Assembly: GCA_964544625.1 (NCBI GenBank)
Contig: CAZJBQ010000003.1
Location: forward strand, 2,658-66,657
Source: an uncultured Candidatus Peribacteria bacterium
GTDB taxonomy: Bacteria > Patescibacteriota > Gracilibacteria > BD1-5 > JAGOOR01
DNA length: 64,000 nt
Direction of reading: 5' to 3'
The notes under the pieces were generated by a model. The model saw only the letters and a program-made list of their open reading frames with translations, was not told where the DNA came from and made no database searches. Made by a program: the position numbers and the translations under genes. Within the stretch, counting starts at the first letter, position 1; every line of letters starts with the position of its first letter. Shown here in pieces: positions 23,738-35,014 of this stretch.

Positions 23738-24190
23738 TTAGATTATTGTGAACTCACCTTGATTGATTGGTAGTTGTGTGAGTTTCTGTACGATTTCAGG
23801 GATATTTGGAATCTGAGGTGTGCATGATGATATGTCTTCAAGTGGCGCCCATCTGTATTCCGAATATTCATCATTCAGAACAATATCGCCCTCAACATGT
23901 ATGGCGAGATAATGGGGGAGTATCATAGCATTGCCATCTTTTTTTCTGAACATTGTGTTATGACTCAATGTCGGAAATATCTTTATCTTGAAATTCTCTC
24001 AGACTTCTTCATCTTTTTCACGTTTCAATCCAGCGAGTATTGATGTATCAGTAGTTTCCATTTTCCCTCCAATAAAGGAAAAAACTCCATCGTAATCTGC
24101 CTCTCATTTTCTCTTGCAGAGGAGGACGCTCTTATGATCCGCTGAGAGGACAACTATTTTCTGGCAGTACTGAAAAAGATACTCATTCAT
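23738..24190 (-). CDS. Nudix hydrolase (150 aa)
   Basis: Nudix box GGKMETTDTSILAGLKREKDEEV[G]. The final conserved Gly is the TGA at 23999-24001. Confidence 0.8.
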
Positions 24191-24224
24191 AGAATGATTG
24201 TACAGATTGAGGCCCTTTTGCAAC

Positions 24225-24503
24225 TTACGACTTTTTTTTGGGAACTATAAGAACAACCACTCTATTTTTTACTTCGTCTACACGAAATTCAACAGAATGT
24301 TGTCTATATCTATTTTTTGGATGCTCTTTTCTGAGCGATGTTGCTAGGTCTTCAGCACTTATCCCTCATGCTGGGACAAATGTTCTTTCATGGTCTACAA
24401 TGTTTCACTCATCAGGTGATTCTTCTGGGATGACTCGAGTGTCTAATCTGGCAGTTCTTTTGGGTTTTTTGGTAGCGGGTGATTCTGAAGGTACTTCTGT
24501 CAT
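24225..24503 (-). CDS. Hypothetical small basic protein (92 aa)
   Basis: ATG at 24503, TAA at 24225-24227, two in-frame TGA. It sits on the same strand as its neighbours. The overlapping plus-strand ORF 24238..24522 has a less protein-like composition. Confidence 0.4.
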
Positions 24504-24535
24504 AAATAATTATTATAAATAAAATTTATGGTATT

Positions 24536-25102
24536 TTATACATTCTCAGCTGTTGTCAAACGGCCGTTTTTCATGAGGTCGTGTATGCATTGCATAGTTT
24601 TCCAGTTTCTGGTTGTCGCTGTTACGCCGAGTTTTTTCTCGAAAAACATGGTTGAGAATTTCGTCATACCGTATCCGTCAGGGCAGTAGAGGTAGATAGT
24701 TTTTCCGGTGATAGTGAATTCATCACTCTGATATTTCTCATCTCTCGTACTCGCGAGGAGTTTCTCATCGGGGAGATTATCGAGGAGGGTGACGTGGAGT
24801 TTTGTGATGTCTTTTTTGTGGTCGTTGTATGGATTATTTTTGAGAATCTCGGCGATATCTTTCTCGGCGAGTACCAACACAGGAACTTCGAAACCGTAGT
24901 GATTATGGATGATATCTGTTATTTCTTTTGCGAGTTTTTTGGTACTTGTTTCGGTACTTCCGAACACAATATTACCACTCTGGATGTAGGTCATGACATT
25001 TTCATAGCCTCACTTTTGAAAAAGTGCCTTGAGGTCCTTCATATTGATCATCCTCTGGCCACTGACATTGATGCCGCGAAGCACCGCTACATAGGTATTC
25101 AT
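24536..25102 (-). CDS. DUF1697 family protein
   Basis: N-terminus MNTYVAVLRGINVSGQRMINMKDLKALF...YIQSGNIVF is the DUF1697 signature. One in-frame TGA. Confidence 0.8.
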
Positions 25103-25137
25103 GGCGCGAGTATACTGGCTTTTCTCAATCCCGGTAA

Positions 25138-26091
25138 TTAGTTTTGTATGAGATAAACAATATATCCACTATAGACCATGACAAATACGAGACCTTGCCA
25201 GCGCTCCAGTTTGTCTTTTCTCCCAATAAAAAATGCCAAAAAAAGAAAAATAGTCGTACCGATACACATCCAGATATCAGCAAAACTTCATGTATTGATA
25301 TTGATGGGTGCAAATACTGATGAAATACCGAGAATCCAGAAAATATTAAAAATATTTGAACCAACGATATTACCGACAGCAATATCGTTTTGTCCTTTTC
25401 GAGCAGCAACAATCGATGTCATAAGCTCTGGCATAGATGTGCCTATGGCGACAATAGTGAGACCAATCACACGTTCTGAGACACCAAACAATTGTGCAAT
25501 TTTGACTGCTCCATCAACAAACATTTTTCATCCTACTATGAGCCCCACGAGACCGAGCACTATGAGTCCAATTGAAATCCAAGTACTATATTTTTTGATA
25601 CCAGAATCGGTGTTTTCTTCATCATTGCTAATGCCAGCGATATAGTAGAGGAAGAGAATAAAAAAACCTATCAACGCGAGCCCATCCCCACCACTGATCA
25701 TATTCTTTGTGCCTTGTCCAAAGTAGACATCCGCACCGAGAACGAGCACTGTGAGTATAGCGAGCAGTGAAAATGGTACTTCTTTCCAGACTGTCGATGA
25801 TTTGACGGGGATGATTCCCAGGACACTCGTGATACCGAGAATGAGCAAAATATTTGCGATATTTGAACCGACGACATTTCCGAGTGCTATGTCGCTATTG
25901 CCTCGTATGGCTGCCAGGAGACTCACAGTGAGTTCTGGAAGTGATGTACCAAATGCGACGACGGTCAAGCCGATGACGAGACTGGAGACGCCGAATTTTT
26001 TGGCAATAGAAGCAGAACCAGAGACGAGAAAATCAGCACCTTTGACGAGGATGACGAGACCGACGATAACGAGGAGAAGAGGAAGTATCAT
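25138..26091 (-). CDS. Ca2+/Na+ antiporter, CaCA (YrbG-type)
   Basis: Two alpha-repeats: GTSLPELTVSLLAA...GNVVGSNI and GTSMPELMTSIVAA...GNIVGSNI. Fragments join through two TGA. 317 aa. Confidence 0.85.
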
Positions 26092-26152
26092 GATATAAAA
26101 TTACATAACCCGTACATCGTATGAGTTTGCGTAGATTTTCAATGGAATTGTA

Positions 26153-26821
26153 TTATTTGATAGACGCGTTATTTTGTTCTTGTTCTTCTTTGTAGTCGAG
26201 GATTTTTTTCGCGAATTCAAAGACTTCTTCGCGTGTTGCCAGTGAATTTGCTCTTGGATCTATGCGGAGTTGAGCATCATTACGGAGTATCTTCCTGATA
26301 TATTCATAAAACACACCCGCTTGCCACTCAGCGCCAAAGTCGTAAGCACTTTCATAACCACCAGATTGACCGTCAACAGGGAAATTGTATCACCAATAGT
26401 ATCAATATCCTGCCCATGCTCCATCTTCTGGGAATGCTTTCATCAAAATCCCCAATGCTTCAGCCCGAGTAATGTTTCCATAAGGGCGAGTTTTCATACC
26501 AATAGGTTTTGCATTTATGAGTCCGTGATCAGCGGCTGTTTCTATCGTACGACAGACCCAGTCAGTATTTGATTTTGGCACATCAGCGAAGTCCCCACGA
26601 CAAGTCGTATTGCGTGTTATATTCATCATCGCGAGCACCATACCCATGATTTCTGAGCGAGCGATATAGTCATCGAAACGATAATTTTTTGGTTCACTAC
26701 TCCAATCCTTGATGATTCTTTTACTGGCGAGATAGTTTGCTTGAGAGACATCAGTCGTTGTATACCCGAAAGTTCCTACTACAAAAGAGGAGAGGAGGAT
26801 GAATGTGATTATTTTTTTCAT
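26153..26821 (-). CDS. Secreted protein with an SLH-like module (222 aa)
   Basis: Signal peptide MKKIITFILLSSFVVG. The module FADVPKSNTDWVCRTIETAADHGLIN...ITRAEALG looks paralogous to the N-terminus of the 16481 gene. The frame extends across TGA at 26402. Confidence 0.65.
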
Positions 26822-26863
26822 GTGAAAAGTATAGGGATTTTTATTCTGCTACAAAATCTCTTT

Positions 26864-26920
26864 GTACTTTTTGTCGAAAAAGTACCAAAACGATTCAAGG
26901 GGCAAAAACTCGGACTGTTT
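26864..26920. repeat. Structured intergenic repeat, copy C (3' arm missing)
   Basis: GTACTTTTTG-TCG-AAAAAGTAC CAAAA...CAAGGGGCAAAAACTCGG is present. The closing ...CCCCTAAA arm is absent, and the AT-rich gene begins at 26959. Confidence 0.6.
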
Positions 26921-26958
26921 TCATCTTTCGGTTATATGCTCATACACATCAACATAAC

Positions 26959-29214
26959 CTAGGTTCTTTGAAATAAATCGTCTATATCCTCCTCTCATTG
27001 ATAGATCCTTGATAATTCTTTATAACTCTCACTGTCACTATTGGTTAAGTCAGAAATATAATCATCTATCAGCGTTTTTATGTCGACACCAGCTGATACA
27101 TAACTTGTAGTTATATCTAACTGTTCTGCCCATTCTTCAAAATTTTCTAAACATTTTTCTGCTATTTTTTCTATTTCTCTTTCTATAGTCCACTCATCAT
27201 AATCTATTTCGTATTCACCATACGGGCCTCTTATTACATCTATAAAATCGCCTAAATATAGATCTTTTTTTCTATAATCCATATCGCTCTGCACATGATA
27301 TAAAATATCATCTCTTACTACTTCATCCAACGAATTATTTTTCAAGTTAAATTTTTCTACAAAAAACCATAAACCATTTAATTCTGATTCATCTAATATT
27401 CTTTGTGGTAGATAATCAACAATAAAATTAAAATCTGTTAATCACAATTCCTTATAGTATTCTGTTATTAAATCTAGGAAATAAACTATTTCATCAATTG
27501 GTTGTGGCGTTGAAAATATTTTCCTTAAGTACATTAGTATTTTTGTTTTAACTCATTCTTCTTCGTAGTATCTACATGAAGATAATAAATAGATTATGTA
27601 GTTCGAGTTTTTATCTGCCAATCATGCATCATTTAATAAACTGAGCTTTATTTGTTTTTCAATATCCTTACTTACAATTTTATTAAAACTTAAGTTACCT
27701 AGTAACTTCAGAGATTTTGTCGTGTTCAATGCTTTAAATATTTTTTCTAGTTTTTTTGTATTTGTATTTAAGTGATTTAAAACGTAGTCGGTTATTGATG
27801 GATTGAATAAAGAATAAATAATTATTTTCTCCGAGTTTTTAGATCTATTTAAAAAAATTTTTATAGCTAATCTTACCATAGAATTAAAATCTTTTTCTGT
27901 ATGTGAATTATTTTGCAATTTTTCATATTCAATTAGTTTTTCATAACTAATCTGTAAATTTTTTTCAGTGATTTCTCATCAATTAAATACTGTTAGATAA
28001 ACTAAACATCGTACATATTCATTAGTTTGACTGCCCAATGAGTTTGCCCAAATATTTTTTGGATTATTAAGCGCATCTAGAACATAATCCCAAAAACCTT
28101 CTTTTTCTTCATATCCAGATGTTATTGATTCAATAATGCGAGGATTATAATTTTTATGCTTTATAATTTCTTTATATCTTTTATCTTTATATATTTCGCT
28201 TACCTGTTTTTCTGTTAATTTTCAAAAGTATATATGATTATAAAGTATTCTTGCTTTCTCTAAGAGGTTTAGATTTTCTACCTTGAGAAGTAATTCATTT
28301 GTTTCAATTCTTGCTTTCTCTATGTAAGGACTATAAGCTTTTCAGTTATTTAGTATGTTTGTTCTGGTAGTTAATATAAATCTCTTCTGAGGGTCATTTT
28401 TAATTCTTTCAATGAAATTGATTATGTGAGAGTCCTTTTTATTTTCTATTGCTTCAAAATAATTACTTCCTAAGAAATCGTCAAAATAAAATATTTGTTT
28501 ATTTTTATTGTAAGCATTTTCAGCCTCACTTATATTTTCTTCAATACTAACAAATTCATACCCATTGCCTGTAAAGAATAAAGATAAATTCTCTGCAAGA
28601 GTTGTTTTCCCTATGCCAGGTTCTCAATAAATTATTAAAACATGCTTTTCTTTTAATATCTTCAATGCTCTTTCGTGATTCTCTGTCAGAATGTATTTAT
28701 TTATTTTTTTTTGTATTCTTTCTATTTCAAACTTGCTTCTTCCAATGATTGCATTATTTACAATCTTGCTAATTGTGCCTGGATTATTCATCCAGAGTTT
28801 ATAATTATTTTCATATATGTCTTGATTTGTATCTAATAAATCGCTCAAGTCCTCTTCTCAAAATACATCATCATCTTGTTTTAGATAAGGATTGAATTTT
28901 TCTTTTATATCTTTTTTTTGTTTTCTAGATAATCATAAAGATGTTATAAAAATGTATCTTCCGGGGTTAAGGGCTTTAACTTTATTTTTTTCTTCTTTTT
29001 CTATTTCACGCATTAGTCACTTGTATCATGTTTTTAGATAATGTTTACATTGAATTATGCACTCTTTTCATTCATCGTAAAAAAATCGCCCGTCAACTCA
29101 TTGGTCTTTTCCTGATTTAAATCTTTCAATTCTTCTGTTTAGTAGTTTTGATATTAGTTGTATTGCCAATGTTTCAAATTCTTTGTCATTTAGTGCCTGA
29201 AAGTTATATTTCAT
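26959..29214 (-). CDS. Mrr-like PD-(D/E)xK nuclease fused to a STAND-type P-loop NTPase (751 aa)
   Basis: Four track fragments share one frame and I translated them line by line with no TAA or TAG. N-terminus has KSGKDQ[G]VDGRFF...IIQCKHY (D...QxK nuclease core). Walker A is [G]EPGIGKTT, Walker B-like is IFYFDDF, then ILTTR, then about 400 aa of helical C-terminal region. 15 in-frame TGA. Very AT-rich. Confidence 0.75.
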
Positions 29215-29278
29215 ATTTTTATCCTTTCTTAAACTATTGCTTTCCATTCTATCCACTATACTATCCTCTGCAATGTTC

Positions 29279-31639
29279 ATGGCAAATAAACACCCACAAT
29301 CCCTGGCTCTTTGACTCGATTTCGCACCTGATTTTGAGAGGATTCGTCGTGAGTACTCGCCGATTGAGATAAATCAAATAGCCAATCCAGAGCATCCGCC
29401 CGTGGGAATTGAGTATGTCGAGTGTGATACGCTCTCGGAACTGGTCGAGTTTCTGAAAAAACAAAAAAATATTCTCGTTCTCACCAAACAGACACCCGTG
29501 ATGGAGAAGTTTTGCAGTGAGAATGAGATAGAAGCACGGATTCATGCGTGGAAACTCTGAGGTCCGTCGTTTGTCCTCGACGGTCAGTGTGTGATTACTG
29601 ATGAGCTGATTTGACCACTCTTGGGCGGAGTCTTCCGACGGAAGAAGCGACCGCAACTAGACTTGCTCGTCCAGATAAAAGCAGGAGATCCTGTGGTGCA
29701 TCTCTTTCATGGTGTGGGGATATTTCAGTGAATCGTGCGCAATACTCTTTCCGGAACTGAGCGTGAATATATTGAGATAGAATACGCGGAGAAGGATAGG
29801 CTCTTTGTGCCAGTCGAGGAGCTTCATCGTGTCTCGAAATTCGTCGGAGAGACGACGCCGACACTCACTCGTCTGGGTTCACCTGCGTGGAAAACTATCC
29901 TCGCAAAAACAAACGAAGAAATCCAACAAATCGCTGAAGAACTTCTCGCGAATCACGCCGCTCGTCGTATGGCTGGTGGTGTGTCGATGATGGATTTTCC
30001 GGAAAAAGAAGAGACATTTCATCTCGCATTTCCACATAAGCACACGCTCGATCAAGAAGAGGCGATTCACGGGATTATGGCCGACATGAATAGTGAAAAA
30101 CCGATGGACAGACTCCTCTCTGGTGATGTCGGATTTGGCAAAACAGAGGTGTCACTGCATGCGGTCTATCGTGCATTTCTCAATGAAAAACAAACTATTT
30201 TTCTCGCACCGCTCGTGGTCCTCGCTTACGAACATTATGAGTCAATTCGTGAACGTCTCAAACCGTTTGGAGTGAATGTCGCGATGATGACGCGCATGAG
30301 TACGACCAAGGAAATTACTACCGTTTTAAAAGGTCTCAAAGATGGCTCTATTCATTGTGTTATTGGGACACACAGACTCCTCTCACCAGATATAAAATTC
30401 AGAAATCTCGGACTTGTTGTCGTCGACGAAGAACATAAATTTGGTGTGGCAGATAAAGAAAAAATCATGCACCTCAAAGCAGGTGTCGATACGCTCGCAC
30501 TCTCAGCAACTCCGATTCCGCGCTCCCTCAATCTCGCACTCTCTGGTGTGAAAAATTTCTCAATATTGTCTACTCCGCCACACGGGAAAAAGCCGATTCA
30601 TACAGCTGTGGCACGCTATGATCAGACCATAGTCAAGCGAGCTATCGAAGAAGAGCTCGCTCGTGGTGGCAAAGTATTTTTCGTTCACAATACCATCAAG
30701 ACACTCCCGATTCTCAAAAAAGAAATCGAATCGCTCGTACCAAAAGCAAAAGTGGTTATCACGAATGGTCAGCTTCCATCGGATGATCTCGAAGACCGTA
30801 TCATGGAATTCAAACTCGGTATGCACAACGTTCTCCTCACGACGACCGTGATAGAAAACGGTATCAACTTCCTCGATACCAACACTATCATCATCGATGA
30901 AGCAGAAGATTTCGGACTCGCACAACTCCACCAACTTCGTGGACGTGTCGGTCGTGGACAGATTCAGGGGATTTGTTATCTCATGTATCGACAACCAGAA
31001 CTGCAGGACGAAGCACGAGAGAGGCTGATGACGATCGCGAACCATACCCATCTCGGTGCAGGATTTGAGATAGCGCTTCGTGATATGGAAATCCGATGAG
31101 TGGGTGATGTTCTCTGAGTTCGACAGTCTGGCAAGACTCGTGATGTTGGCGTGAGTTTCTATCTGAAATTATTGGAACAAAAAATCGAAGAACTTCAGTC
31201 TGGAAAAAAAGAATCAAAAGTGGATACCACGATTGATCTGCCTATCAGCGCCTATATCCCTGACGAGGCGTTTAGTTCTGATATTGAGAAGATTCATTTC
31301 TACCGTGAACTCGAATCTGTCCGTAGTGAAGAAGAGCTCGCAGAAGTTATCGAACCACTGAAGACTCGTATCGATATAAAACAATCAGCCGTCGACCATC
31401 TCTTTCTCCTTATTCGTGCACGACTCCGACTCTCATCACTTGGTGTCCGTCGCGTCTTTATGCAGCTCGGGAAATATACGCTTGAATGGGGAAGTGAAGG
31501 TGAGAAAACGCTCGATGCGATGAAACAGATTATCAAAGACGATACCAAAAAATGTGCAGAAGTCCTCTCAGGCAAAAAAATTGCCTTCTCGAGGAAGGCA
31601 TTTTTGAATCATGGGGAATTTCTCGGGTATTTTCTTTAA
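29279..31639 (+). CDS. mfd: Transcription-repair coupling factor, N-terminally short form (786 aa)
   Basis: GDPVVHLFHGVGIFQ[G]I, EYAEKDRLFVPVEEL, GDVGFGKTEV, VVDEEHKFG, LSATPIPR, GRVGRG, and MEIR[G]VGDVL[G]VRQSGK with TGA at the conserved Gly positions (31097, 31115). Only about 130 aa precede the RNAP-interaction region. Confidence 0.9.
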
Positions 31640-32011
31640 TTAGAATCCATGACTATCAACCCATCGACCGTGCTTCCACTGAAGTACTTTCAGAATCCGG
31701 GAGTGGAAATCGCTAAATACTGGGGTGACCCCTTTCTCAATCAACCTTGTTCGTTCAAATTGTTCTGCAGCGGTCCACTGTTTCGCTTCTTCATCAGTGG
31801 CGGCATACAACGCATGATGACATTCGCGGCTTATGAGACCAACACGGAGCATTTCAAGGTTATCCGTCCAGAGCTCCTCTTTTTCTCTAGCTTCTCCTAG
31901 GAGCTGATTTACATATGCTCTCAATTCAGTTTCCTTGTCTCATGCAAGAACTCCTGCTACTACGGAATCTGCTTCATCGATTGGTGGCTCAGCCACAGCG
32001 CTAATACCCAT
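31640..32011 (-). CDS. Hypothetical protein (123 aa)
   Basis: ATG at 32011 is in frame with ORF 31640..31924 across one TGA. TAA abuts the mfd stop. Confidence 0.5.
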
Positions 32012-32188
32012 ATTTTATTGATTATAGTACTTTATTATGATTAAAAATATATTATTGCAAATTTTCTTAAACAGGAAAACTTGTTTTTTTACCGTTTTAT
32101 TACTAAATTCTCGGCTCAAGAAAACAAATATAATATATTCAAAATTATAATTGACTAAAAGTAAATATAGCGATAATAGGACAATATT

Positions 32189-33988
32189 ATGCCAGATTCT
32201 CCAATATCTACGGATCTTCTTCCTGCTCCAGAGGCTCAAACCTCTCCTATCCCTGAACCGTTACCAAGAAAAAAATTACCAAACCTGTCGGATATTCCTC
32301 GACAGCCTGGAGTGATGAGTTTGAGAGCCAAACTTTTTCCAAATGGCCCAACATCTGCCGTAGGACTCAATTTTGTTATACGAGAAGAGATTTTTGCTCT
32401 TCTGGAAAGCCAAACTGAAAATATTGCGCCCGATGTACTCCGACAGTTAGCACACAGTATTCGACGTAATGAAGCAGGAGGATTGGAGTATGTTCTGCCA
32501 CATATACATGCAATAAATTGGAGACTCACTACTCTTTTAAGCGAGGGGTTGGGCATGCAGACAGTACCTGAGGAGAAGTCTCTAGCGACTCATCAGCCAG
32601 ATAGTGCCGGTTTGCTCCTCGATGTTCATAGCATAAAGCCACTACCACAGTGACCAAAAATACCACAGTGACCAAGTATTTATCAGAGTCATTATTTTCA
32701 TATTGATGCCCTCCTCATGCGTTTGCTCAAAATGGACGAAGATGGTCAGAGATTGGATCGTCCTGATGCTGATACATTTGTGCTACGAATTGATGATCAA
32801 GCCTACAGCACTTTGATGCAGACACATCTTGATTTGAACCTGATAGATAGTTTTTATAATGCTCCTGATGTTGCTGATCTCAAATCAGAAGCAAGTCATG
32901 CGATGAGTCCTGCTGGAAAAAGAAAAAAGAGCGTATGGGATGAATCTTTGCGTGAATTGGAGACATTTTGTCAGAAGAGAATAAAAAAATCACAAACAAG
33001 TGTTATCTATGTTCCTGTTGATACTTTCTACTCGTATGAACGTATAAACTTTGAAAATACGATACCAAATCGCTACGCAGCTGCCATAGCACTTGCTCGA
33101 AAAAATTGACACACGATATTACTGGTTACTCAAAAGCCAATTTCTGCACATAAAAATTTCTTTCATTCTACGGGTGTTTTTTTTAAACAACTTTTTGGAG
33201 ATGATAATATGTGAGAACATGATCCAAATGTAGTTCATTTTTCTCCTTCCCCTGCAGAAAATAATCGTGTTCATCATCTCCAGATTCTTCATTTACTCTA
33301 CCAATTTCTCGCTGAAGATATAAGGACAGAAATCGCCACTTCGCGAGAAAAAATTGCTGGCCTTCCATTGTTTGAAGAAGTTTTTGCGTCTGAATGAATG
33401 AAGGTAGATCGAGAAAGGGAAGTGTTGCGAAGAGTTAATTTTCTCAAAGAACTCGCCTTGATTCTCTCTCTGCGCGATAAATCTCCACATGCATTTCCTC
33501 ATGTTGGACAAACGAAATCAGAACTTGAGAAACTCCTTGATTTGATACGTTCTGTCGGTTTCAAATGGGATAAGTCAGTATCTACTTTTCTCAAAAAAGA
33601 GATGAAAAACCCATATACCGATCAAACCCTCAAACAGAGACTCTGGGAACAGTTTTGTCTTTTTTGTCATCAAGGATCTGATAATGAAATACCAAATGCT
33701 CTTGAACGTAGCAAAGAAAAAGTTCCTGACTCTATACAAGACCAAGATACACTCCGTCTCGCATTCGAATACTATCTTGCCAAGATGATATATCATGAGT
33801 GATGGTCTATGCCATGAATAGAGTGATTAACACAATGGACGCGAACTATGTATGATGCTTTTGTTGGTGAACATGCTGGCAAAGAGTTTCTCGATGTATC
33901 ATTTGCCGCAGAGGTATTCCCACACCCGGGGCCATATACTGATAAGACAGGTGCTATTATACTCGATCCGCAACAACTCGCTCACTAA
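32189..33988 (+). CDS. Hypothetical protein (599 aa), Pro-rich N-terminus
   Basis: Track ORFs 32189.., 32717.. and 33398.. are in one frame and join through TGA. TAA at 33986-33988. No motif recognised. Confidence 0.6.
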
Positions 33989-34659
33989 TATATTAGTTCC
34001 CCAAAACTCTCCACAGACTGTTCTGCTATTTCTGAGCAGGCCTTATCTTGTCTATCAAATCGATGATAGTATATTGTCTGAGTACCTGCTTTTTTTGCTC
34101 CTGTGAGACCGGGGAGATGATCGTCGATAGCGATACATTCTTCTGGGGGTGTTTCGAGTAATTCTGCACAACGAATCCACACTTCGGGGTCAGGTTTATG
34201 GTGTGTGATATCATTGGCTCCTATGATAGCATATCATTTTCCTGGATTCTTTTTGTCATACAAAAAATAACTATCGATTTTCATGAGTTTGATGACCCAT
34301 TCGATTCGGTCACGAATAGAGTTGGAGCCGATCGCGAGTTTTATCTCTCTCTGTTGACAGTATTCGAGAAAGGGGATGAGAGATGGGTCAGATTCGAGAC
34401 CGATTTGAAAGAGGGATTTCTGAGATTCCCATATATTTGCTCTGAGTTCATTTACTTCGAGATGTATAGCGTGTTTTTCTCGTAATATATCACAGACTTG
34501 TGCGAGAGATTTACTCGCCCATCCATCTTGTTCGAATTCCTCCTCAGCGACTTGCATCTTTCTCTCTCAGAAAAATTTCCATAATGCTTGTTGCATAATC
34601 GGTTGTGTATGGGCTATGACACCATCAAAATCAAAGAGAACAGCTTGGAATGGTTTCAT
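33985..34659 (-). CDS. HAD-superfamily hydrolase (beta-phosphoglucomutase-like)
   Basis: LFDFDGVI (motif I), AIGSNS (motif II-like), HHKPDPE, and AIDDHLPGLTGAKKAG (motif IV region). Three in-frame TGA. 224 aa. Confidence 0.8.
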
Positions 34660-34660
34660 A

Positions 34661-34936
34661 CTATTTGAGTGTCTGAGCTATACACCATTTTGCTCGAGAT
34701 TCATACCAGCTAAATCCTGCAAAAAACGTCAAAATCGGCATACCAAAATAGAGTCCGCAGATGAGGAGCGCAACTGCTATATATGCCCTGAGTTGGATTC
34801 ATTTTTTCTTGATATTACACTGTCAGAGTGGTTTGTGGATTTTACCCAATACTTTCTGAAAACCGATACCAGCGATATACCCAAATATCGTTGCAAAAAA
34901 ACACACGAGCAAAAAAGAACTGTTCATGTCGTTCAT
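34661..34936 (-). CDS. Small membrane protein (91 aa)
   Basis: ATG at 34936 and TAG at 34661-34663, ending 2 nt before the HAD start. Two or three hydrophobic segments. Antisense to the non-coding 5' part of track ORF 34616..35191. Confidence 0.45.
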
Positions 34937-35014
34937 AGTACGAGTTTTTGTTCTTCTATCAAATGTCTACCACCCCCTCTTTGCTTTTTTCTCATACAGG
35001 ACTACACTTCTTGT

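Noticed and set aside
29215-29280. The longer start (ATG at 29280) for the nuclease-NTPase gene, as given by the track ORF.
   Set aside because: Its start codon would overlap the mfd start codon head-to-head (29278-29281), leaving no promoter space. The internal ATG at 29214 has an AAAGGA-like RBS upstream and begins at the recognisable domain.
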